A DNA stretch of 54,268 nt from Paludibacteraceae bacterium (GTDB lineage: Bacteria > Bacteroidota > Bacteroidia > Bacteroidales > Paludibacteraceae): positions 1 to 54,268 of the forward strand of contig JAGCSQ010000010.1 of assembly GCA_017964045.1 (NCBI GenBank). The letters are read 5' to 3'. Under the pieces are notes generated by a model that had not been told where the DNA came from, searched no databases, and saw only the letters and a program-made list of their open reading frames with translations. The position numbers and the translations under genes were made by a program. This document shows, piece after piece, positions 26,001 to 32,884 of this stretch (position 1 is the stretch's first letter; every line of letters begins with the position of its first letter).

Positions 26001-28556
26001 TTGAGCTATGAACTTGTTGGTGACGGTACAAGCGAAGCTATTGTTCGCTGGAATCACCCGGATGTTGACTACTTGGGTTCATACGAGGCTATCATTAGCA
26101 ATACTGAGATTACAGACTTCTCAGGCGTAATAGCTACACATACAGCAGATAAGGATTCAATCAAACTCCTTGGATTGAGTGCTTCTACCGACTACTATGT
26201 ATATGTACGCACCATTTGCGATGGCGAAGGACATGACGACGGTCAATCAAGCTGGAGTGACGGTGTTCACTTCCGCACATTGGCTGCTTGCCCGGCTCCT
26301 GTGGCACCTGTGGCTACGCTTAAGGCTGCTGACTCAGTATTCGTAGAGTGGGGCATATCATTCGTTGATCAGGATAAGGCATTCGAATACTACCTGTCAG
26401 ACGTAGAGTTGACCGAAAGTCAGCTGGCTGCCCTGGTTCTTATGCCTCTCAACGACACATTGGCTGTTGGTCTTGGTAACCTCAACCCCGCTACTGACTA
26501 CCACTTCTACATCCGTAGCATTTGCGGTGGCGACTATTCACCCTTTGCAGAGGCAGAGTTCAGTACTCCTGTATCTTGCCAGAAGATTGTTAACTTGCAC
26601 TCTACTAATATTGCTCACAATATTATTGAGGTTGCTTGGGAGAGTGCACAGTTTGCAACTGAGACTCAGTGGGAAGTTGGTATCGCAGGCGACGAATCTA
26701 AGAAGCAAATCGTTAGTGAGCGTAGTGCTAAGATATTCGGTTTGACACCTGAAACAGCATATCCGGTATATGTCAAGGCTATCTGCTCTGCTACCGAAAG
26801 CAGCGATGAGGAGGTCATAAATCTTGCAACCATTTCCGCTCCTGGTGCATGTCTAACGATTGGAACAGGTTCGTCCGCTCAGAATGACTTCCCATTGGCA
26901 GGTTGGTATCATTATAGTTATACTCAACAACTCTATACGGCTGCTGAGTTAGGACATGGTGCCGGTGACATCTTGTCAGTTGCATATGAGTATATGTACT
27001 CAACCTCAACAACACGTAATATTGCTATCTATATGGCTAATACAGATGCTACCAGTCTGTCAAGCGCATATGTACAAGATGGATTTGTTGAGGTATTGCC
27101 TGCACAGAATATTACATTCGATAATAGCGATACGTGGTTCTCCATTAATCTGGCAACTCCGTTTGCATATACCGGTGGTAACCTTGTTGTTGCAGTGCTG
27201 ATGACTAAGGATGCAGCAGAGAGTGCTTATAGTAACAATAGTCGTTTCTATGCAGCGTCAAGTAGTGGAATGTCACGTTACACAAGGGATGACACTAATC
27301 CAATAGTTGTAACTGATGGTGCAACAACAAGTAGTGGTACTGCTGGTTATAGCCGTGCTAATATGCAATTCTGCTTCGAGGATAAGACTTGCCCGGATGT
27401 TAAGGCATTGAGTGCAGGTGATGTTGAAACTCATTCTGCTAAGATATCTTGGACTCCGATGGGTAGTGAGACAGAATGGCGTATTATCCTCAGCGATACA
27501 GCAGTTGTTGACTTCGACGCTATTGCTGCAGTTGACATTGATACGGCATACGTTCTGTCATATGCATTCAGTGGCTTAGATGCTGACAAGGCTTATCACG
27601 CTTATGTTCAACCGTTGTGCGGTGGTTCAGACTGGAGCTATGTAAGTTTCACTACTATGCCGAGCTGCTATGCTCCGACTAATCTCGTAGCAGAACTGAA
27701 TGCTGCAGGTAATATCGATGTTACATGGCAGGCTGGCCATGGTGAGACCGAATTCCAAGTTGTATGCGTTCGCTCAGGTGAACCTGTTTGGGATGGTGTC
27801 GCTGCAGTTAGTGCATTGGCAGTTGAGCTGGATACACTGACCGTCGGTGAAGACTATACGGTTTACGTTCGTGCATACTGCAGCGCAACAGACGCAAGTC
27901 AAGCTGTTTCTGCAGCATTCACGTATGACTACTGCAAGCCGGCTCCAACATCTGTTGATCATAATGGTATTATTGCCATTGCATTCAACGACGTTGAACA
28001 AACTGATGCAGTTCACCCAACATCAGCTCCGGTCTATGCAGATAATACAAATGTCATATTCGAAGTTGAGGTTGGCGCAACAGCTAAGGCATCAATAACT
28101 TACAAGACATACTACAATTATGGTACTATTGTATGGGTTGATCTTAATAAGAACTTGAAGTTTGAGGAATCTGAGGTCGTATTTAAAGGCACTGTGCCAG
28201 AAGCAGGTTCATACTCTGCTCCGGAACCCTCAACAATAGATTGCGAGTTCACCGTCCCGGCAATTGTTCCAACAGGAACATACCGTTTACGTATTGGTGG
28301 TGCAGACTCGTTCTTTGATAGCTTTATTGGCGGAGGAGCTTACTCTGACGAACTTTCATGTTCTTCAGGAAGCTATAGAATTTACGAAGATTACACACTC
28401 GTAATCAAGCCGGCTTCAGGTCCTGGTACAGCACTCGACAACGTAAGCGTTGATGCTGATGGTGTACAAAAGATCTTGCTGAACGACCACCTCTTCATCA
28501 TCCGTGAAGGTGTATGGTACGACGCAGCAGGTCGTAGGGTAGAGGTTAAGCGTTAA
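20091..28556 (+). CDS. Giant-locus protein C: 2821-aa secreted protein with FN3-like modules, five copies of an unassigned ~170-aa module, a GEVED-like domain and a short non-canonical C-terminal tail
   Basis: Signal peptide MRRFILKVTSLLMVLCCCLGVPHSYA. About 14 Cys-bracketed FN3-like modules and two lectin-like modules (ACWTVGNLQS / RCWTVGNLKS). GEVED-like end (...GSYRIYEDYTLVIK) and the tail KILLNDHLFIIREGVWYDAAGRRVEVKR. A hairpin terminator follows directly. Confidence 0.8.
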   Translation: MRRFILKVTSLLMVLCCCLGVPHSYAEDCITIGEGTEAKATSAPVGSYYGYERHIMLYKASDGIAAGTINSLAWYYTSSKSVPVKIYLKNTVETEVPSSGSWNSFIADAELVYDATVTLVSNDWTVIDIDDFEYTGDNLMVLVASNYGGYGGGTISAQCSTADENSNGYYRVDSSIDDSQSKTFTTDASRANIQLCIEPAGEVTCAKPTGLAYNPLTLTATTATFSWTAGGEETEWQYLCIPAADAVDWDQSETTDENPLLVEELEPQTAYKFYLRAYCGDEEGQQSHALSVAFTTPCAAISALPKSFDFEAADALACWTVGNLQSASTSYIPSRSSSAKHNGSYGLELKAYYRITTYSTTSADSAYAALPVIDWGANGIQKHTMSFYAKSVGSSATYNKHLYVYATDNLASFTLLKDIELTTSFEQYEIDFRNYVGLGRYIVFFATIPESHSSYSTDYYGHFYIDDIEVFETPACLPLKSISISDVERRSFKVTLTPKDGVALGTYDLVCSDVALDNDALEIASKTVVSAASHVVSGLERDTKYYVYVRANCDADGVSTWVCDSVKTNGLNGEGVVIVAEGSTSNSNVPVWGYNADSQQRTQSIYPASLLTDLQGQTITKLIYSLSSASSKTSWRTGANEFEVRMGISVSENLSTAWASEDLALVYSGVLDASGTSMEITLATPFVYTGGNLVIEFQLPAAGTWESATFYGIEQTAGSRYVYGGLTAAGTAADFLPQVDFVYTYNAVACPAVTNLAANILGSGATEEKISWTASAADYLSGYEFILSDTAIVAFSEEELAKKESLAADAVEKDLNGLTPETEYFVYLRAVCKAESHDEGESEWASVNFTTLANCPKVKDLDAALVGLNKVEIFWDVANEEQDTTFYYVLSDVQLDGAGIAAATRIEADSLHVIIDALDYDQDYWAYVASKCGASVSDYDTVHFKTLASCQAVVDLQATRIAHNLVELNWAKAVYATEAQWEVGIIGDESKKQIVSEPKVKIFGLEPETSYEAYVIALCSDLDHSDSTKVSFETAAQPGDCQLVGEGTSNGNMPVTMYDYAYTQIIYDASSIGKGGNITSIELKRSSYANVMNNMKVYLGTTEKAVFASTSDWVAESDLTLVYDGSFPVGTAEDPHLVLNLIAPFNYNGTDNLVVAVSNGHGNWQNIQNFYYTSVSNTVLYNRNDGDASYAEHPGTAAGNGGLSAYRTNIAFCFEPKICPDVKALAVSDITKESAHISWEPMGSEVQWNVFLSDTLVEDFSAITSTVIGKLDTVFSGLSDDADYYAYVQPVCVGADSWVHKGFRTIASCLAQKDLGIAQEADSITAHTAKLVWTDPNAVRAGDYTVAYGLKDSIDFDKPASYQTLASSDTFALIGNLIPETEYQFAVKANCGGGDESRYSELSAAFKTAIGCFKPSSDPSVPDSTITATTAIVHWADEHDAPAYKVAYGLYDEFDINDESKRIIVDATDTFKLIEGLQPNSRYKVMVKSDCGSYDGESSWTWSEDFYTHCLAAELPFNEGFESAEEFRCWTVGNLKSTTSYIPARSTSYSQSGSYSLSLNAYGTSYDSAYAVLPELNIGENSINQYSISLFAKTGSTYDTYNKDLYIGIVESPDDMSSLVIVDTIKNLTTSFASGEVSLSKYTGTGKYIVLLAAKPTSQTYGYGQFYVDDIEVFKTPTCYPLKSMTFSNVERRSFKVTLSPRDGHVLAAAHDLVCSTERLDEAGLEAAVKGTITDADSVFSGLTRDTRYYIYARANCGSEDGISAWIEDSVKTADLGTDCDGIEPVTVLTGDGSTVVDYTPWGSYYKRYHTQQIYTASELAAAGLSAGYISKVSFRYALSTSYTKTLTLYCGTTSDNSFAGTTFYELNEVAAAKSVTFASADTWYDFDFDTPFYWDGASNVVIGLLAVGDDYPGSGTKCFYGGTTAVNRAVYSRMDSSNPSMTSGTATTNRADIRFTICPLAVACPAVKGLSYELVGDGTSEAIVRWNHPDVDYLGSYEAIISNTEITDFSGVIATHTADKDSIKLLGLSASTDYYVYVRTICDGEGHDDGQSSWSDGVHFRTLAACPAPVAPVATLKAADSVFVEWGISFVDQDKAFEYYLSDVELTESQLAALVLMPLNDTLAVGLGNLNPATDYHFYIRSICGGDYSPFAEAEFSTPVSCQKIVNLHSTNIAHNIIEVAWESAQFATETQWEVGIAGDESKKQIVSERSAKIFGLTPETAYPVYVKAICSATESSDEEVINLATISAPGACLTIGTGSSAQNDFPLAGWYHYSYTQQLYTAAELGHGAGDILSVAYEYMYSTSTTRNIAIYMANTDATSLSSAYVQDGFVEVLPAQNITFDNSDTWFSINLATPFAYTGGNLVVAVLMTKDAAESAYSNNSRFYAASSSGMSRYTRDDTNPIVVTDGATTSSGTAGYSRANMQFCFEDKTCPDVKALSAGDVETHSAKISWTPMGSETEWRIILSDTAVVDFDAIAAVDIDTAYVLSYAFSGLDADKAYHAYVQPLCGGSDWSYVSFTTMPSCYAPTNLVAELNAAGNIDVTWQAGHGETEFQVVCVRSGEPVWDGVAAVSALAVELDTLTVGEDYTVYVRAYCSATDASQAVSAAFTYDYCKPAPTSVDHNGIIAIAFNDVEQTDAVHPTSAPVYADNTNVIFEVEVGATAKASITYKTYYNYGTIVWVDLNKNLKFEESEVVFKGTVPEAGSYSAPEPSTIDCEFTVPAIVPTGTYRLRIGGADSFFDSFIGGGAYSDELSCSSGSYRIYEDYTLVIKPASGPGTALDNVSVDADGVQKILLNDHLFIIREGVWYDAAGRRVEVKR
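20979..24017 (+). repeat. Internal duplication in protein C, copy 1 (lectin-like, FN3, X, FN3 x3, X, FN3)
   Basis: Collinear protein similarity to 24615-27668, e.g. FYIDDIEVFETPACLPLKSISISDVERRSFKVTLTPKDG vs FYVDDIEVFKTPTCYPLKSMTFSNVERRSFKVTLSPRDG. Confidence 0.8.
24615..27668 (+). repeat. Internal duplication in protein C, copy 2
   Basis: Same module order as 20979-24017. An identical 29-mer GACGAATCTAAGAAGCAAATCGTTAGTGA occurs at 23052-23080 and 26691-26719, an in-frame offset of 3639 nt. Confidence 0.8.
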
Positions 28557-28582
28557 TTGCTAACCCCTAACCAATACAAAAA

Positions 28583-28613
28583 AGAGGGCAGCCTTCGGGT
28601 TGCTCTCTTTTTT
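28583..28613 (+). terminator. Rho-independent terminator after protein C
   Basis: 11-bp stem AGAGGGCAGCC / GGTTGCTCTCT (two G-U pairs) with a TTCG loop, then a T run at 28608-28613. It starts 27 nt after the stop codon. Confidence 0.8.
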
Positions 28614-28701
28614 GCCTATGAAAAATATAACAAAAACACACAAAAAGTGCACATTTGCTTACTTTTTGCAAAAAAAATTTGGTGATTTAAAGAAAAAGTA
28701 G

Positions 28702-28709
28702 TAATTTTG
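28702..28709 (+). promoter_or_regulatory. Bacteroidota -7 promoter box TAATTTTG for the 28741 operon
   Basis: GTAGTAATTTTGCGCG, 31 nt upstream of the ATG at 28741 and downstream of the terminator. Confidence 0.55.
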
Positions 28710-28740
28710 CGCGATTTTTTGTATCAAAAGGTATATAAAG

Positions 28741-31700
28741 ATGAATTTGTGTCGCAACATATCGACTAACTTGCTTTTGCTTATAACGGTGCTCGCGCTC
28801 GCGTTTGCGCGCGTAAGCGCCGTGTCTGCGCAGCAAATAAATTCGTATGCTTGTGACTTTGAGGATGAGGCTGAAAATGCACTGTGGACAATAAATGCTC
28901 AGAGTAGTTCTCCCTGCAAAAATCAGTGGCATATAGGTGCTGCAGGAGCATTCGGTATTAACTCGACCAAGGGGCTTTATATATCAGGAGGCGATGGTGA
29001 GGAAGTAGAGAAAAATGTATATGTTAATGCGCTTGGTGTAGACCCTACCAGTCAAGAAGCTATTCAGGGAGAGTATGTTGCCAGCTATCGTCAGTTGGAT
29101 TTAGCAGATGGAACATATACTCTTGTATTTGATTGGTTGGCAATGGGAAGACAGGATGATAAGTTGTTCGTTACTTGGGTGAACCCAGATGAGGAACCAT
29201 ACATTATTCCTGGTGTACCTCAAGTTGGACGTGCAATTCTTTCGTACTCTAATACAAGCACTCCACCTGCATATTGTTCTAACATACCATCATATCGTGG
29301 TAGTGGTTCATGGCATAGCGTCGCAACAACAATTACCGTGTCAGGAGGGCAAGGTGGTAAGTTGGTTATAGCATGGTTCCTAAAAGCCGGTGTTTATCCT
29401 TCTAATCCGGCTCCTGCTGTTGATAACATCTTTATTTATCAAGGCACTTGTAGTGCTCCGTCGAGTGTTGTGTATGATGGTAATACGTCGTCTCTTAAGT
29501 GGAATGGATCTGCCGGTTATTACGATGTTATTATGACTAACCTAAACACAGGCAGTACATCCACATTTGAGAATGTAACAGGAAAATCACTCCAGTTGAC
29601 GGGAATGTCCGAAGAGGGTATGTACTATTTCTATGTGCGTTCTGTATGCGATGAAGTCCGCCATAGCCAGTGGGTGCTCGTGCGTAAATTTATATGGATT
29701 AAAGGCGCAAGATGTATTGATTTATTTGATCTTGGACCGGATTATTCTCATGCAGGCGTATGCTATGTTGGAGATTTTGACACATTCATACGTTATAGCA
29801 GACAAGGGAGCCTAGGCATGGTGGATAATGGCTTTGCAAGTGATGCAAGTATGCATACGATTCATGTGGAAAGGGATGAGATAGACCCTAATACACATGA
29901 AAATGGTGGCTTGCACACCGTACCCAATGGTGAGATTGCTACTGTGCGTCTTGGTGCATACACTTCTTCCGGTCAATCAGCTCGCGTAGAATACAAATAC
30001 ACTGTCACTCCGGGAATGTCCGATTTGCTTGACTTAAAGTATGCTGTTGTCATGGAGTCTGGTGGTCATGGCTCCTCACTTGCAGATACTGACATGAATC
30101 CGACATTTACCCTCAATATATTGGATGGTAGTGGCAGAGAGGCAGATGCTTGCGTACAGCGATATTTTGTGGCAGGTTATGGAGGCCAAGGCAACTGGCA
30201 CCAGGAGGGAGATTGGTACTGGTGTGATTGGTCTACAATTACGGTATCTCTCCGTCAGTATGTTGGACAAACAATCACCTTGCGTTTTACCTCCACACGT
30301 TGTTCATACGATACACACCCGGCTTATGCGTATTTTACATTTAACTGCCGTGGTGGAGACTTGCAGGGAGTATCGTGCGGTGATTTCTCTACGGACCACT
30401 TTGAGGCTCCGGAAGGATTTAATTATCGTTGGTATAAAGCAAGCGATACACAGAAAACAGATATCCGAGGTGAACTATCCAGATTTGATCTTGAGGCAAA
30501 CGATACTACAGTTTACCTCGTTGACTTGATTACCCCTGGGCAGCAAGATTGTTACTATACGCTTGAGGCGAACCCTAATCCACGTTTCCCGCAGGCAAAG
30601 GCCAATTATACTCATCGTGTGCAGAATTGCCAGAATTTGGTAACGTTCACCAATCTCAGCCGTATAGTCTATATTAACCGTATCACGTTAGACAGCGTCA
30701 TTTCGGATATCCCCATTGGTGATGTGCATTGGAATTTTGGAGACGGCACGGAGTTGCAAGATCCCGGACAAGCATTTACACATGAATATCCTGCGAATGG
30801 AGGTGAGTTCGAAGTGCTGTGTATAGCATCAATGAACGGTGGAATTTGTGTTGATACATTGCATATTAACCTGTCCTTACCTCATCTGCATGAAGATGTG
30901 CATGAGGTTACTCATATCTGTGGAGAAGGCACCGATCATACAGATGTTACAACCGGTATCAATCAATATGGATGTGATTATACAGCTTACCATGAATATT
31001 ATTACCATCCGGTATTTGATACGCTGTATAATGAACGCATGTGTGAGGGCGGAAGATATTTATTCCCTGGAAATAATAAATACTATACTCAATCTATAGA
31101 TACTACTTTGGAATTTAAATCGATATATAATTGTGATAGTATTATTCGTCTGCATCTGCATGTGGATCCGAAACTGATTGTGGAGTACAGCAAGGATGTA
31201 AATGTATGTCTTGACAAGGCTGAAATAGAGATCCCTTATGTCGTTACCAGCGGTATGATGGATAGTATCAAGGTTTACTTCTCCGACGCTGCACGCCTCT
31301 GGGGATTTGACTCGTGCTATGGATTCAAGAACGGAGAGGAGATACGTATCCCTATTCCTAACTCTGATATGCGCCCTGATAACTATCAGCTTGACATTGA
31401 GTTTGGTGGTGAGCGTTGCCATATGGACTTGCAACATGCTACATTGCACGTTCAATATAAGTCCTCAATAGTAATGCAGACCGGTGGATTCATCGCCCTA
31501 TATAACTCTGCATACAATGGCGGCTTCAATTTCGCAGCATACGAGTGGTATAAGGATGGCGTGCTCATCGAGTCAAACAACGCCTATGTTCCGGCATCTG
31601 AGTTTGATATCAACTCTGTTTATACTGTTCGTTTGCGCCGCTCAGGCGAGAGCAACTTTATTGAGTCGTGCCCGATAATATATAATCCGGCTACAGCACT

Positions 31701-31926
31701 TGATGACGCAGAGGCTGATGTACTTGTCTATCCGACATTTGTGGATAAGGGAGGATCGCTCACCGTATCTGCAGGCTCAGGCTTCTCGATATACTCAGTT
31801 CTCGGAACGTTGGTGGCTTGCTATGAGAGCGCTGATTATGTTAGACACATACCCGCTCCGGCTGCCGGAGGCGTTTATATAATATTGTTTGATAATAAGC
31901 AAACTGTACAAATTGTTGTTCGTTAA
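28741..31926 (+). CDS. Giant-locus protein D: secreted 1061-aa paralog of protein A with a PKD-like domain and a T9SS type-A CTD
   Basis: Signal peptide ...LLLLITVLALAFARVSAVSAQ. Blocks shared with A: CKNQWHIG / CKDQWIIG, ATVRLGAY...YAVVME / ASVRLGNW...YAVVLE, YAYFTFNC / YAYFTLDC, APEGFNYRWYK / APEGFKYQWYK. PKD motif VHWNFGDGT. Tail VYPTFVDKGGSLTV...FSIYSVLGTLVA...GVYIILFDNKQTVQIVVR. Confidence 0.8.
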   Translation: MNLCRNISTNLLLLITVLALAFARVSAVSAQQINSYACDFEDEAENALWTINAQSSSPCKNQWHIGAAGAFGINSTKGLYISGGDGEEVEKNVYVNALGVDPTSQEAIQGEYVASYRQLDLADGTYTLVFDWLAMGRQDDKLFVTWVNPDEEPYIIPGVPQVGRAILSYSNTSTPPAYCSNIPSYRGSGSWHSVATTITVSGGQGGKLVIAWFLKAGVYPSNPAPAVDNIFIYQGTCSAPSSVVYDGNTSSLKWNGSAGYYDVIMTNLNTGSTSTFENVTGKSLQLTGMSEEGMYYFYVRSVCDEVRHSQWVLVRKFIWIKGARCIDLFDLGPDYSHAGVCYVGDFDTFIRYSRQGSLGMVDNGFASDASMHTIHVERDEIDPNTHENGGLHTVPNGEIATVRLGAYTSSGQSARVEYKYTVTPGMSDLLDLKYAVVMESGGHGSSLADTDMNPTFTLNILDGSGREADACVQRYFVAGYGGQGNWHQEGDWYWCDWSTITVSLRQYVGQTITLRFTSTRCSYDTHPAYAYFTFNCRGGDLQGVSCGDFSTDHFEAPEGFNYRWYKASDTQKTDIRGELSRFDLEANDTTVYLVDLITPGQQDCYYTLEANPNPRFPQAKANYTHRVQNCQNLVTFTNLSRIVYINRITLDSVISDIPIGDVHWNFGDGTELQDPGQAFTHEYPANGGEFEVLCIASMNGGICVDTLHINLSLPHLHEDVHEVTHICGEGTDHTDVTTGINQYGCDYTAYHEYYYHPVFDTLYNERMCEGGRYLFPGNNKYYTQSIDTTLEFKSIYNCDSIIRLHLHVDPKLIVEYSKDVNVCLDKAEIEIPYVVTSGMMDSIKVYFSDAARLWGFDSCYGFKNGEEIRIPIPNSDMRPDNYQLDIEFGGERCHMDLQHATLHVQYKSSIVMQTGGFIALYNSAYNGGFNFAAYEWYKDGVLIESNNAYVPASEFDINSVYTVRLRRSGESNFIESCPIIYNPATALDDAEADVLVYPTFVDKGGSLTVSAGSGFSIYSVLGTLVACYESADYVRHIPAPAAGGVYIILFDNKQTVQIVVR

Positions 31927-32869
31927 TCGACATATTGCTCGAACATTAGTTCTTGCCCTGTTGGCAATGATAACTATCCCGGCTACGGCCCAGCGTACGC
32001 TGCAGCACTATCTTGATGTTAGTGTAGGTGGCGGTGTGGCTATGGGTATGTCCACAAAGAGCTTTGTTAAGGATAAGATAGGTGCAGATGGACAAATAGG
32101 CTTCGCTTATGAGATGGCTAAGCACCGCTTCTTCTTTAACATCGGTGTTGGGGCAGACTACGTGCTCACGCGCACGGGAGTAGATAATTTTGTTGATTCG
32201 TACGCGCGTGTGGATAAGGACGGACGTGCAATTAATTATAGGTACGTTTATTCCGACTACGTTGAGAACGAGCATCTGCTGATGGGAAGTGCTTCCATTG
32301 AGCTGGGATATCGTTTCCATAGATACGGATTCTTCGGAGTCGGAGCTAAGGTTAGTTTCCCCTTCGTGTCGGATTATTCCACTAAAACTAAACTCTATAC
32401 CGAGGGCGTTTATACTGAGCTTATTCAGCCTGTTTCACGCAATGTGCCGTCCTATGGCTACTATCCTGAGATACAATATAAGGACAAAGGCTCATTCACT
32501 GCTCCAGACCTCTATGTAGCACCGATGGCAGAAGTGGGTGGAGTAGTGCCTATTCAGCCGGGTATTATATGCCGTATCGGTTTGTTCTGCGAATATATGA
32601 TACCTGTTGTAGGTTCATATAAGGCGCAACCCATCCTCGACTATTCGGCAGTTAACCTTGACCCGAATACTCAAAACCAAGAAGACTTAATTGCTAACTT
32701 GCATATGCATCCTATAGTAAACGGCAACTTCAATAGCTCGGTATTGGAGCATGGCGGAGAGGCAATGATGAAGCGCATGGCAGAGAACCTGACGATAGGT
32801 ATTCGTTGTACATTCCGATTCAATGTATCTCGTTCACCATCAATATGTAACTGCGTAACTGATAATTAA
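31889..32869 (+). CDS. Outer-membrane beta-barrel-like protein (paralog of the N-terminal domain of the next gene)
   Basis: Signal peptide ...ARTLVLALLAMITIPATAQ. Alternating Gly/aromatic strands (GQIGFAYEM, FFFNIGVGADYVL, SASIELGYRF, FFGVGAKVSFPF). The track start 31889 is TTG. TTGs at 31913 and 31916 also give good signal peptides; the ATG at 31967 would delete the signal peptide. Overlaps the end of gene D. Confidence 0.6.
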   Translation: MIISKLYKLLFVNRHIARTLVLALLAMITIPATAQRTLQHYLDVSVGGGVAMGMSTKSFVKDKIGADGQIGFAYEMAKHRFFFNIGVGADYVLTRTGVDNFVDSYARVDKDGRAINYRYVYSDYVENEHLLMGSASIELGYRFHRYGFFGVGAKVSFPFVSDYSTKTKLYTEGVYTELIQPVSRNVPSYGYYPEIQYKDKGSFTAPDLYVAPMAEVGGVVPIQPGIICRIGLFCEYMIPVVGSYKAQPILDYSAVNLDPNTQNQEDLIANLHMHPIVNGNFNSSVLEHGGEAMMKRMAENLTIGIRCTFRFNVSRSPSICNCVTDN

Positions 32870-32884
32870 GAAAACTCATAGCTT

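Noticed and set aside
28411-28556. Protein C's missing type-A CTD could be explained by a frameshift or premature stop, making it a pseudogene.
   Set aside because: The stop codon is followed within 27 nt by a strong 11-bp-stem terminator and then a new promoter. No CTD-like reading frame continues downstream in any frame, so the short tail appears native.
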